DNA of 64,000 nucleotides, taken from positions 559-64,558 of IMG/VR virus record IMGVR_UViG_3300009509_000020, one strand, 5' to 3'. The notes under the pieces were generated by a model that did not search any database, was not told where the DNA came from, and saw nothing but the letters and a program-made list of their open reading frames with translations. Positions within the stretch are counted from its first letter, which is position 1, and the number at the start of each line of letters is the position of its first letter. This document shows, piece by piece, positions 17,514 to 26,738 of the stretch. Made by a program: the position numbers and the translations under genes. Source of the stretch: a virus (Duplodnaviria; Caudoviricetes).

Positions 17514-18064
17514 GCGATAGCATAAACTGGTTGCCCGTGATGGTGCGATTGAATCAGCTTGACCTTTGGGCCGATAACCCAAAGCGCATGAGCCATGCTC
17601 AGGCCAAACGGCTGGAAACATCAACAGACAAATTGGGCAGGGCCGGGGCATTGCTCATTGGGCCACAGACAAATGGCGGGGCTTTCCCGCTTTACGACGG
17701 CCACCAGCGCGTCAGGATATGGTCTGCGCTGTATGGCGACAATCTGGAGGTTAATGCCTTGCAAGCCCACAGACCGCTTACCGATAAAGAGCAGCGCGAA
17801 GTATCATTGCTGACCATCACGGCCCAGGCGAGTTTCGATTGGGACATTCTGGCAGGATGGGACTTTGAGGACTTGACAGCGGGCGGATTCAGCGAGGGGC
17901 TGCTTGTCGAATGGAACGATGGCGCGCTTAATCTGCGGGAGATGTTGATGGCGGAAGAAGTAATACCGGACTTTCGGCCCGTTTCGGCAGATGAACAGCC
18001 GAGACTTGACCAGAGGTCGCCCGTGACTTGTCCTGAGTGTGGCGCAGAGTTTATACCTAAATGA
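17510..18064 (+). CDS. ParB/Srx-like protein with C-terminal Zn ribbon
   Basis: NPKR, DGHQRV, FDWDIL, EQPRLD...CPECGAEF; ATGA-coupled to the Mom gene. Confidence 0.8.
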   Translation: MSDSINWLPVMVRLNQLDLWADNPKRMSHAQAKRLETSTDKLGRAGALLIGPQTNGGAFPLYDGHQRVRIWSALYGDNLEVNALQAHRPLTDKEQREVSLLTITAQASFDWDILAGWDFEDLTAGGFSEGLLVEWNDGALNLREMLMAEEVIPDFRPVSADEQPRLDQRSPVTCPECGAEFIPK

Positions 18065-18720
18065 GCCGGCCCGATGTAGTGGTAGACTGGTGTAGCTATG
18101 AGGCTGCCAAGTATGCGGTTGAGCATTGGCATTATAGTAAGCGAATGCTAGCGGGCAAATATATGAGTATCGGGATATGGGAAAACAGATTGTTTATCGG
18201 GGCTATTGTATTTAGTCACGGGGCTAACAAGGCAATTGGCAAGCAATATGGTCTGTCTCTTTTTCTGGCCTGTGAATTAAGCCGCGTGGCAATGACTAAG
18301 CACGCCATATTTGTTTCACATTTGATAGCAAAATCGTTATCTATGCTAAAAAGCCAAGCAGATCGGTTACGGCTTGTCGTTTCATACGCAGACCAAAGAG
18401 AGGGACACATAGGGGCGATTTATCAGGCCAGTAATTGGATATATGTAGGGCAATCGAGTGGGAATGATAGACGTAATTGCCCATATTTGAAACCTGGCGG
18501 CGGGATTGTGCAGTGGCGCACTATGTCAAAGATATGTCAGCGGCATGGAATGTCACACACCTTACAGGCGGCTATATCGTTGGGCTATACCCCGCTTGGC
18601 TTTATGCCAAAGCACAAATACCTCTACCCTCTCGATAAGGCCATGCGCCGACAAATCGAGCCTTTGGCACAACCATATCCAAAACGCGAACATGCGGGCG
18701 AGGTGCATGATGGTGCATAA
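18061..18720 (+). CDS. mom: Mom-family (GNAT-fold) DNA adenine-modifying enzyme
   Basis: HWHYS, CELSRVA, VVSYAD...GH.GAIYQASNW.Y.G, KHKYLYPL, PYPK. Confidence 0.85.
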   Translation: MSRPDVVVDWCSYEAAKYAVEHWHYSKRMLAGKYMSIGIWENRLFIGAIVFSHGANKAIGKQYGLSLFLACELSRVAMTKHAIFVSHLIAKSLSMLKSQADRLRLVVSYADQREGHIGAIYQASNWIYVGQSSGNDRRNCPYLKPGGGIVQWRTMSKICQRHGMSHTLQAAISLGYTPLGFMPKHKYLYPLDKAMRRQIEPLAQPYPKREHAGEVHDGA

Positions 18721-18765
18721 CTGGCGACCAGTCAGCAGGCGCAGGTTCAATTCCTGCCGCCCGCT
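18694..18765 (+). tRNA. non-canonical tRNA-Gly(ACC) overlapping the mom 3' end
   Basis: GCGGGCG/CGCCCGC + U73; D stem GTGC/GCAT; anticodon stem CTGG/TCAG with loop CG-ACC-AG; 4-nt variable loop; GCAGG-TTCAATT-CCTGC; no encoded CCA. Confidence 0.8.
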
Positions 18766-18896
18766 TTGGCAGTTGGGATAACTTGGGATAAGTTTGGGAT
18801 ATTGGCACTTGGGACGATATTAGAGATGGCTGAGGTGTATATTTTGCGTGAGACAATCAAACACTGAGCAGAGTATTATCACCAAAGCTGAAAGGA

Positions 18897-19127
18897 ATGA
18901 AGATGGAAATATTACAAAAACTATACGATAGTGAGATAAACTTTAGATTGTCTTGTTTCTTTGATGCTGGTTTTGAAGCAAGTCTAGGTGATGAAATAAA
19001 TGGGTTTAAAGCATCAGACGAAAACTTTGAGACCTTAGAAGAAGCCATAGACCATCTTGTAAATATGGCAAAGAAGTTCTATCCAGAATCAGAATTTTCA
19101 AGAACTATAGAAACTGGCGGACGATAA
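18897..19127 (+). CDS. hypothetical protein (AT-rich)
   Basis: AAGGA RBS. Confidence 0.6.
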   Translation: MKMEILQKLYDSEINFRLSCFFDAGFEASLGDEINGFKASDENFETLEEAIDHLVNMAKKFYPESEFSRTIETGGR

Positions 19128-19143
19128 TAAATAGTGAGACTAT

Positions 19144-19698
19144 ATGGCCGAAGAAAAAGAACACAGAAAACCTAGACGGTCGGCAGCGCAGCTTGCACGT
19201 GACAGGCGACGCATAGCCGGGCTTTACCTTGAGGGCCAGCTACAGGCTGACATTGCCGAGGCCGTTGGTGTCTCACAGTCTACCGTATCTAATGACCTGA
19301 AGGCGATACAACAGGAATGGCTACAATCGTCCTTGATGGACTTCAACGAGGCGCGGGCGCAAGAGATTGCAAAGATTGACCGGCTAGAGCGCGAATACTG
19401 GGCAGCTTGGCAGCGCAGTTGTGAGGACGCCGAAACGTCTACCCAAAAGGTAAAAGGCAAGCTACAGAAATACCAGGATGATAGCGGAAAGTTCGTAGCC
19501 GAACAGCCGGCGGAAGCGACTAAAACAAGCCGGGAACAGGCAGGCGATCCGAGGTTCCTGAGTGGCGTCCAGTGGTGTATCGAGCGGCGGTGCAAGCTGT
19601 TGGGAATTGACGCACCACAGCGTCACGAATTGACAGGCGCGGATGGCGGCCCGGTTATCCTGAACTACGTTGGGAACATAAGTCCAGATGACCTATGA
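19144..19698 (+). CDS. terminase small subunit (HTH)
   Basis: QADIAEAVGVSQSTVSNDL...IERRCKLLGIDAP...ELTGADGGP; overlaps the large subunit gene. Confidence 0.8.
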   Translation: MAEEKEHRKPRRSAAQLARDRRRIAGLYLEGQLQADIAEAVGVSQSTVSNDLKAIQQEWLQSSLMDFNEARAQEIAKIDRLEREYWAAWQRSCEDAETSTQKVKGKLQKYQDDSGKFVAEQPAEATKTSREQAGDPRFLSGVQWCIERRCKLLGIDAPQRHELTGADGGPVILNYVGNISPDDL

Positions 19699-20965
19699 AA
19701 ATCCCTATCGCTTTTATGGACAAATCAGAGAGGCGATACTTTGCCGTGACAGAGAGGTTATCATCGAAGGCCCTGCTGATACGGGCAAAACTCTTGGCTT
19801 GCTATGGAAACTTCATACCCTGGCCTACAAATATCCGGGCTGCCAGCTTGCCATAATTCGCAAACGAAAAACTGACATAACTGGCACATCGTTCCATACC
19901 TTAAAAAGAGATTTACTGACAGACTATGGCCCTGGCATAGAGGTATACGGCGGTCAATATCCACAGTGGATCGACTATCCCACAGGATCGCGCTTATGGT
20001 TCGGTGGGATGGATGATCCAGGTAAGACGCTATCTGCGGAGCGTGACATGATATATGTCAACCAAGCCGAAGAGCTTGCCTTGTCCGACTGGGAATACCT
20101 GATCCGGTGCGTAACAGGGCGTGGGGCGGTAATGCCATATACGCAGCTTATAGGTGATGTGAATCCAGGCCCCCCTACACATTGGATTCTATCGCGGGCG
20201 AAAAGTGGCGCATTGCGGTTATTCAAATCAACTCATAGAGATAATCCGATGTTGTATGACCAGGCGACGGGCGAGCTTACAGAGGGCGGCAAGGGCCGCC
20301 TGGATGCACTAAAACGCCTAACCGGCTCTCGATTATTGCGGCTTTATCATGGCTTGTGGGCCGCGCCAGAAGGAGCAATCTACGATGTATTTGACCAGGA
20401 GAAGCACGTCGTCAAGGCATTCCCAATTCCGCCATTCTGGCCTAGAGCGGTTGGCATTGACCCATTCGGCGCAACAGTGGCCGCTGTTTGGTTGGCCTTC
20501 GACCCACAGAATAACAAGCTAAATGTCTACCGTGAATATGCAGAGCCATTCGGTCTTACGACGGCAGGCCATGCGGCCAACATTCTTGAGGTTTCAAGGG
20601 GCGAGTCAGTATTTGCCTGGGTATGTGGCGGCCCATCTGAGCGGGCATGGCGCGTCGAATGGCAAGCAAGTGGCATACCGGTGCTTGAGCCGCCAATTAG
20701 CGATGTTTGGGTTGGTGTAGACAGGGTATATCAACTACTCAGAGAGTTCTCGTTAGTAATTCACGATAATTGTATGGGACTGATAAGCGAGATTGGTAAC
20801 TATAGGCGCAAGCTAGATAGACAAGGCCAGCCGACAGATGCTATAGAAAGCAAGGAAAGCTACCACTTGCTTGATAGCCTGCGCTATGTCGTAAGCTGGC
20901 TATCGCATGTCGAGGCCACACAGGAACGAATGAGTTTTAGTCCATATAGACTAGGGAGAGTATAA
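19688..20965 (+). CDS. terminase large subunit
   Basis: GPADTGKT Walker A, DVNP..PTHW, HRDNP, GIDP, HLLDSLRY. Confidence 0.93.
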   Translation: MTYENPYRFYGQIREAILCRDREVIIEGPADTGKTLGLLWKLHTLAYKYPGCQLAIIRKRKTDITGTSFHTLKRDLLTDYGPGIEVYGGQYPQWIDYPTGSRLWFGGMDDPGKTLSAERDMIYVNQAEELALSDWEYLIRCVTGRGAVMPYTQLIGDVNPGPPTHWILSRAKSGALRLFKSTHRDNPMLYDQATGELTEGGKGRLDALKRLTGSRLLRLYHGLWAAPEGAIYDVFDQEKHVVKAFPIPPFWPRAVGIDPFGATVAAVWLAFDPQNNKLNVYREYAEPFGLTTAGHAANILEVSRGESVFAWVCGGPSERAWRVEWQASGIPVLEPPISDVWVGVDRVYQLLREFSLVIHDNCMGLISEIGNYRRKLDRQGQPTDAIESKESYHLLDSLRYVVSWLSHVEATQERMSFSPYRLGRV

Positions 20966-20969
20966 TGCT

Positions 20970-21185
20970 ATGCCGAAGTGTAAAAGATGCAAATCTGAAT
21001 TTGTTATAAAATGGAAATTTAAAACGAATTATCCTTATACTGATAAACCAGCAACATACTACTGGCACGGTGATTATGAATCCGAGAGATTCTGTCCATA
21101 TTGTGGCAAAAGGCTTTGTCCTTCATTGTTTGAATCTATACGAAAAAGTTATCTTTTTTTACTAGAAAGAATAAATAGATGCTGA
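20970..21185 (+). CDS. Zn-ribbon hypothetical protein (AT-rich insert)
   Basis: CKRC...FCPYCG. Confidence 0.6.
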   Translation: MPKCKRCKSEFVIKWKFKTNYPYTDKPATYYWHGDYESERFCPYCGKRLCPSLFESIRKSYLFLLERINRC

Positions 21186-21559
21186 TAAACATCGGTGATA
21201 TAAAGACACGTCTCAAATCGGCTTCAGGTGACTTGCCAGTATATTTTGATTTTTGTGAGTGTGTGCCAACAAATATAAATAGCTGGCGTGGCAATTACGC
21301 CGAGCCTGCTATTGGCTGGTCGCCCAGTGGCTACAGCGGCAATGGCAAGCCGCCTACGGTCGCACAGTTTTTAGATGAGCTTGAGATGGCAACATCTGGC
21401 AGGCTCTATAGTGGCTGGCACGGTGATACATTTTCCTATACTGACAATAACCAGTTATACGTTGATAATTACGGCGATTCTACTTCTACTAAAATCATGG
21501 GCATTGAAGTTTGTGAAAGCCGAGTGATTTTGCATACCGCCAAGACGAACAATAGGTAG
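21179..21559 (+). CDS. hypothetical protein
   Basis: SWRGNY.EPA...GWHG pattern seen in small phage proteins. Confidence 0.65.
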   Translation: MLINIGDIKTRLKSASGDLPVYFDFCECVPTNINSWRGNYAEPAIGWSPSGYSGNGKPPTVAQFLDELEMATSGRLYSGWHGDTFSYTDNNQLYVDNYGDSTSTKIMGIEVCESRVILHTAKTNNR

Positions 21560-21608
21560 TAAACTACCCCGCCGCAAGCGGCGGGGTTTCCAGCCGGAGG
21601 TTACATGA
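21559..21608. mobile_element. IS200/IS605-type palindromic end remnant (PATE-like)
   Basis: GTAAACTACCCCGCCGCAAGCGGCGGGGTTTCCAGCCGGAGGTTACATGA: one hairpin with left-end-like and right-end-like flanks. Confidence 0.55.
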
Positions 21609-21958
21609 AGCAATTTCCTATCTCAGACAACTTGCTTTTGACCTTGAAACCGCACCGAGATGTGGCGGGTTAAGAGATGAGCCAGAGGGCGCAATGTTTG
21701 TCATTCTGTCTAATACGTTTGCATGCAAAGCGGCGACAAGACTAAGGGAGATAATGAATGAATTGGTTAGTTAATTTTGTTGAGGGCTTTAATATCAAGA
21801 TAATCAAGCGGCTGTTCCAAAGAAAAGAACAAAAAATACCTGCTTATTGGCAAGCCTATACAGATGCTATGGGCACTGAAGTTATACAACTTACAAATGA
21901 ACAAAAGAAGCAAGCATGGCTTGAACACGTTTTGCGAGTTTATGGGAGATAATAAAAA

Positions 21959-22207
21959 ATGCTTGACAAGGCCCTCACGCTTATTTATGCGGGCAAATCA
22001 GACGATGATATGGTTATCTGGTATAATAACCTTTCGCCAGACGAAAGAGCACAGCTTGATTGTGAACTTGTTGCGAGCTTGAGAAATATCAGAGAAGCAT
22101 GGCAAGCGATTCAGGATCGGTGCATCATGGCATTAGAAATAGTTGGGAATTATTTTGCAGAGTACAAGGAATTGATAGGCCAATGCCAACATTTAGAGAA
22201 CGAATAG
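21959..22207 (+). CDS. hypothetical protein
   Basis: GGGAG RBS; overlaps the portal start. Confidence 0.5.
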   Translation: MLDKALTLIYAGKSDDDMVIWYNNLSPDERAQLDCELVASLRNIREAWQAIQDRCIMALEIVGNYFAEYKELIGQCQHLENE

Positions 22208-24006
22208 CAAAACTGGCCTTCGGGCCTGAAATGGCGCGGCTTGCACGGGCCGAACATGGGCAGCGCGCCCTCATGGAATTGTTACAATGGCAGCCAGCCG
22301 CCATGCTCAGAATGCAAGAGGTTGACCCCGCTTATCTTGATTGGCTTATGAGCCTGCAAGACTATGAAAATGTGGCTTGGAAAGGCTATGATTTTGAATC
22401 TGAGACACAGCGGCTAGTCAAGGTCAAGGAATCGCGGCGGTTATTCAATAATAACCCTGTTCAGGAACGTTGCGTTATGACCTGGACAGATTTTGGTTTT
22501 GGGCAAAACATAGACATAGATCCGTTAGACCGTGGTGATGTTGACGAAACTGGCACGCCCGAAGAAGGCAGCGGCGCGTGGTATTGGAGTGAGTTTTGGA
22601 ATTCACAGGATAACAGGCCCATCCTCGGCGAGCGCGTATTGCACGAACTATCTAATACCACCCTAACAGATGGCGAAATCTATTTTGTGTTTTTCGTGTC
22701 AAGAATTGACGGTGCGGTTTCGGTGCGCATTATTCCAACAGACGAGATACAGGAAATTATCACCGAACAGGATGATACCTCTGTACCCGTTTACTACAAG
22801 CGCGTGTACAATCGGCAGGGTGAATCTGGGCAGGCGACGCTTTACTATACCGATTGGCAGGTAAAGACGGCCGAAAAGCCAGATACTATATTGAGAAAGG
22901 CAAAGTTGCCCGATGGCGCAAGGCTGGCAGAAGATGAAGCCAAAGAAACAGAGATCATGGTGATGCACGTCGCACACCGACGCAAGCGCGGGTTACGCGG
23001 CTGGCCGCTAAATGCCTCTAGCCATGATTGGATTGCTGAATACCAACACTGGCTCACGGCGCGGGCTGCCGTGGCCCAGGCCGTCTATCTCTACGTTGAC
23101 AAAATAGTGACGAAAACAGGCTCACGGGGCATTAAGGCGATCAAGAGCAAACTACAATCTGCACTTGCCATATCTTCGACCTATTTAGAGACAAATCCTG
23201 TAGGCGCACCGGCAAGTGTCTATACTGGCAATGTGGATATTGAACGCCGGCCACTTGATACTGGCGCGGGCGATGCAGAGCGAGACGGCGGGGCATTATT
23301 GGCTATGGCAGCCTTGCCGGCTGGACTTCCGCCGCATTATCTTGGACGTGGTGAAGTCGTGCGCATGGCCGTTGCCGAGGAAATGCGCGAGCCTATCCGC
23401 CGCCAATGGGCACGGTATCAGGTTTTTTGGGCCTCTGTATGGCGCGATATGGTAAGGCTCGTTTTGTGGGCCGCTGAAAAGTACGACGATGCTGATTTTG
23501 AAACTTACGATGCTGATGTGGGAACTGATGCGCTTGTCCAGACAGACATGGCAGGCATCGCGCGGGCAATGGATGCTCTGGCAAATATGATCGACCGTCA
23601 GGTTTTAGACCCTGATACGGCTCGCAAGGCCGCGCTTGAGATTTTGCGTATCACGTTACAGCAGCTTGGCGTCAAAGATACAGACCAGATCGTAGGTGAT
23701 ATTTTGGAATCGCTCGAAACCAAAGATGAAGGGGAGGAAGAACAACCGCCAGAACCGACGACTCCAGAAGCGCCGCCAGAACAACCGGAGCAACCAGAAC
23801 CGCCAGTCGCGCCAGAGGGAGAAGAAACAATCGAAATGATGCTATCCCTAGCTGCCGTGGAGGCCCTGGCTGAGGCCCACCAAGTACAAATAGTCAGTCG
23901 TCATTGTCCTCTTTGTGGTTTCCCTCAAGCCGAATCATACGAGGGTCATAGAGGATTATTGCGCTGTATTGGTTGTAAAAAGACTTACGATCCGAGTGTG
24001 GAATAA
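22183..24006 (+). CDS. portal protein with acidic/Pro linker and C-terminal Zn ribbon
   Basis: Position after terminase; DGEIYF...VR.IP..EI, RGWP, GLPPHYLG; tail CPLC...CIGC. Start re-called at MPTFRER. Confidence 0.85.
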   Translation: MPTFRERIAKLAFGPEMARLARAEHGQRALMELLQWQPAAMLRMQEVDPAYLDWLMSLQDYENVAWKGYDFESETQRLVKVKESRRLFNNNPVQERCVMTWTDFGFGQNIDIDPLDRGDVDETGTPEEGSGAWYWSEFWNSQDNRPILGERVLHELSNTTLTDGEIYFVFFVSRIDGAVSVRIIPTDEIQEIITEQDDTSVPVYYKRVYNRQGESGQATLYYTDWQVKTAEKPDTILRKAKLPDGARLAEDEAKETEIMVMHVAHRRKRGLRGWPLNASSHDWIAEYQHWLTARAAVAQAVYLYVDKIVTKTGSRGIKAIKSKLQSALAISSTYLETNPVGAPASVYTGNVDIERRPLDTGAGDAERDGGALLAMAALPAGLPPHYLGRGEVVRMAVAEEMREPIRRQWARYQVFWASVWRDMVRLVLWAAEKYDDADFETYDADVGTDALVQTDMAGIARAMDALANMIDRQVLDPDTARKAALEILRITLQQLGVKDTDQIVGDILESLETKDEGEEEQPPEPTTPEAPPEQPEQPEPPVAPEGEETIEMMLSLAAVEALAEAHQVQIVSRHCPLCGFPQAESYEGHRGLLRCIGCKKTYDPSVE

Positions 24007-24028
24007 GATTGTTAATAAAGGGGGGCAA

Positions 24029-24248
24029 AATGAACAGGCGCAAAGTAATTTCAACGGGGAATTTTGGTTTTAAATTGCCGTTAGGCGAGATTGCGATAGC
24101 CTATCTTCTACTTGATAGATTTTCAGCACCAGGGTGGGCCTATGGCATAGTATTTACAATTCTTGGCCTCATTTGTATTTGTGCCATAGTTTCATGGTTA
24201 TGTTTTGAGAAGAGTATTGACATTTTTAGTGAGCGGGATAATGGCTAA
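24029..24248 (+). CDS. small membrane protein
   Basis: Two hydrophobic segments, LLLDRFSAPGWAYG. Confidence 0.55.
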
Positions 24249-24415
24249 TGACCTTCAAGCACAAATCGAAAAGCGCAAAAGGAAAATCGCCAAACAAATC
24301 AGGGCTATCATTGCCGCCGCCTTGAATAATGAAGATGGCTTTCAACGGCTTCGGGCTATTACAGACGAAGAATGGCAAGCCGCCGTAGAGACAGACGAAT
24401 TAGAGAGCGAGCCTA

Positions 24416-25069
24416 ATGCCTAGAGACTGGCGGGCCGTTGTAGATGGAATGACGAACGTTCAAAAACTGGTTCACTTGGCGATGCGCCAAGACCCGGTTG
24501 ATGAAGAAAATATTAGGGGGAGCCTGCTTCGCGCTAGACGACTAGCTTATGAGGATGAACTAACAGCACAGGCAATCATCGTGGGATGTACCGGCCGTAC
24601 AGGTCGTCTGACAAACGGCGATATACTATCCGGTCTAAATAATGATAGTCGCCGCGATGCAGCAAGTATCGTCAATACCTATAACTATGACCTGGCGATT
24701 GCGATCCTGAATATCGCTGCTGAAGTGCCAGCGGCTAACCGCTACGTCTATGCTTCTCGCCTGCAGGGATGGGAATCTGCCAGGGCTTCCTGGAAAAATG
24801 CTCAGATTGCATTGAATACTGAGCTAACGGCCCGCTCTGGAGCACAACAGGATTTTTACAGATTCAATAATATCGGCGGCTCGGCGACCTTACAACCGAC
24901 AAGGGCAGTATGCCCGATTTGCCAGGGATGGATAGCCAGGGGTGAAGTTCCTGTCAGGGTTGCACAAGCGAATCCGCCGCCATATCATGTAAATTGCCCA
25001 CATTTGTGGGCTACCGATCCAGAAAAGATAGCGCCAGATGAATGCGCCGATTTGTGGATGGGACAATAA
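24416..25069 (+). CDS. minor head morphogenesis protein (SPP1 gp7/Mu F-like)
   Basis: IALNTE..AR...CPIC...PPYHVNC.H. Confidence 0.75.
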   Translation: MPRDWRAVVDGMTNVQKLVHLAMRQDPVDEENIRGSLLRARRLAYEDELTAQAIIVGCTGRTGRLTNGDILSGLNNDSRRDAASIVNTYNYDLAIAILNIAAEVPAANRYVYASRLQGWESARASWKNAQIALNTELTARSGAQQDFYRFNNIGGSATLQPTRAVCPICQGWIARGEVPVRVAQANPPPYHVNCPHLWATDPEKIAPDECADLWMGQ

Positions 25070-25081
25070 GAAAGGAATGAT

Positions 25082-25336
25082 ATGAAAGAAAGTGGGATTT
25101 ATGGAATATGGGGTGAACGTCGGGATGGAAAAGAGGCCAATTGGATAGTTCCTCCCAATATGCCAATGTTTTTTAAGAATAGAAAAATTTTACTTGGAGT
25201 AGCAACACAACATTGCAGATATGACTACTACAATCAACAGGTATTTAACTTCTATATCTGCGAACTGGGCGAAGATGGTTATCCTATCCAAGAAACAATG
25301 GAATTAATAGAATTTAGCAATAGCCGGGTCAAATGA
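25082..25336 (+). CDS. hypothetical protein
   Basis: AAGGA RBS. Confidence 0.5.
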   Translation: MKESGIYGIWGERRDGKEANWIVPPNMPMFFKNRKILLGVATQHCRYDYYNQQVFNFYICELGEDGYPIQETMELIEFSNSRVK

Positions 25337-25695
25337 CACAAGACGATATACAACATCTTTTTGATATTGCCGCCGAATTAACGGCGATGGCCGAGGTGAT
25401 ACAAGATACAGGCCAAAGTGAAGATTGGCGCAAGATGCAATTGGCAGCAATGCGCAAAGCCTACTTGGAATGGTACAGAAAATGTCTCATGTTTCTGAGC
25501 GCCAGAACAGATACCACAATTAAACAGCGTTTCATCAGGCTATATCAGGGCAAATGGTACAAGTTCGGTATAGAAGGCTTCTTGAGATTGGGACATAAAC
25601 AACATTCGCTAAGTGGCTGGGTAGCACGTTTTGACTCTGCATTTGAACGAAATATAGAAGAACAATGCAACATCCTGGCGGAAGTCACGAACTAA
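25333..25695 (+). CDS. hypothetical protein
   Basis: ATGA-coupled. Confidence 0.55.
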   Translation: MTQDDIQHLFDIAAELTAMAEVIQDTGQSEDWRKMQLAAMRKAYLEWYRKCLMFLSARTDTTIKQRFIRLYQGKWYKFGIEGFLRLGHKQHSLSGWVARFDSAFERNIEEQCNILAEVTN

Positions 25696-26159
25696 CCCCG
25701 CGCCAAATTCAAATTCTTGGCTTGGCAACATTTTCTAACAATGAAATAGCCTATATATTAAATGTCAGCGCCCAAACAGTAAAAAATCATTGGAGCAATA
25801 TCTATAGGTATCTAGGGCTGACGCCACGGGCTGGCGAATCTATTAGGCTGAAGGCAATAATAATAGCATTAGAACGAGGGCTTATTCCGAGCGTATGGGA
25901 TTTGCCATTGGGCAGCATGATAAAATGTACCAAACGACTATTGACATTATGGCAGGTTTATGATAAAATGGAAAACAAAGAGAAGTGTGTAATAACTGCT
26001 ACGCCCCAACCAAGATTTTACCCGGAATCTTGTACATTGGCCGAACATCAGATTCTAAAGCGCATCAGGCAACTTGTTCGCAAGGGCCGGTCTATACTCA
26101 TACTAGAGATAGTGTCTCGTGATAGTGTGCGCGAACTGGGCAGCACAATGATGGAATAG
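25665..26159 (+). CDS. LuxR-type HTH protein
   Basis: LTPRQIQIL...SNNEIAYILNVSAQTVKNHWSNIYRYLG; contains an internal promoter TTGACA(25941)-17-TAAAAT. Confidence 0.7.
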   Translation: MQHPGGSHELTPRQIQILGLATFSNNEIAYILNVSAQTVKNHWSNIYRYLGLTPRAGESIRLKAIIIALERGLIPSVWDLPLGSMIKCTKRLLTLWQVYDKMENKEKCVITATPQPRFYPESCTLAEHQILKRIRQLVRKGRSILILEIVSRDSVRELGSTMME

Positions 26160-26202
26160 TTAGTCAACTTTATATTAGGCTCACAGAAACTTTTGACACT
26201 CT

Positions 26203-26242
26203 GGGCCACGAAGGATGATTCCTTCGTGGCCCTTTTATTTTT
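26203..26242 (+). terminator. intrinsic terminator with possible overlapping antiterminator
   Basis: gggccacgaagga-tgat-tccttcgtggccc-ttttattttt. Confidence 0.75.
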
Positions 26243-26252
26243 GGGGGAACGA

Positions 26253-26738
26253 ATGCCCAATCGTGATTATGTGCTAGATCCATATCCCAAAGCCTGGACA
26301 AATCCTGTAGTAATGCGGGCAAGTGCAGCATTGCCAGCAGCAGGGGCTTGGGATGCAACACCTACGGAACAGAATATTTTTGGTGCTCAGGGCATGACTT
26401 TTAGTTTCACTTATACACGCGGCGCGGCGGGCGGGGCATTCGATTACCAGATCGAGCTTTCACCATATTCTGTCGTCGCCCTCGTGCCGGCCGGGGCAAA
26501 TGAGTGGATTACAGAATCTATATATGCCAGTGGCGCGGTGGCGCTTGGAGTTGATACGCAAAGCCGCGAACAGAGAGAATATCAGACATATGGTAGTACC
26601 GGCGCGGGAGCTGAGGGTTTTCAGATTGATTTTGAGCTACGAGCGCCCTATGAAAGGATACGCATCTTGGCACGGGAAAGCGCCGATGGTATACCAGCCA
26701 ATCCGGGCACTTTGCAAATAACGATGGTGGTTTGGTAG
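26253..26738 (+). CDS. probable virion structural protein
   Basis: Beta-rich Ala/Gly/Thr ORF in the head module. Confidence 0.55.
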   Translation: MPNRDYVLDPYPKAWTNPVVMRASAALPAAGAWDATPTEQNIFGAQGMTFSFTYTRGAAGGAFDYQIELSPYSVVALVPAGANEWITESIYASGAVALGVDTQSREQREYQTYGSTGAGAEGFQIDFELRAPYERIRILARESADGIPANPGTLQITMVVW

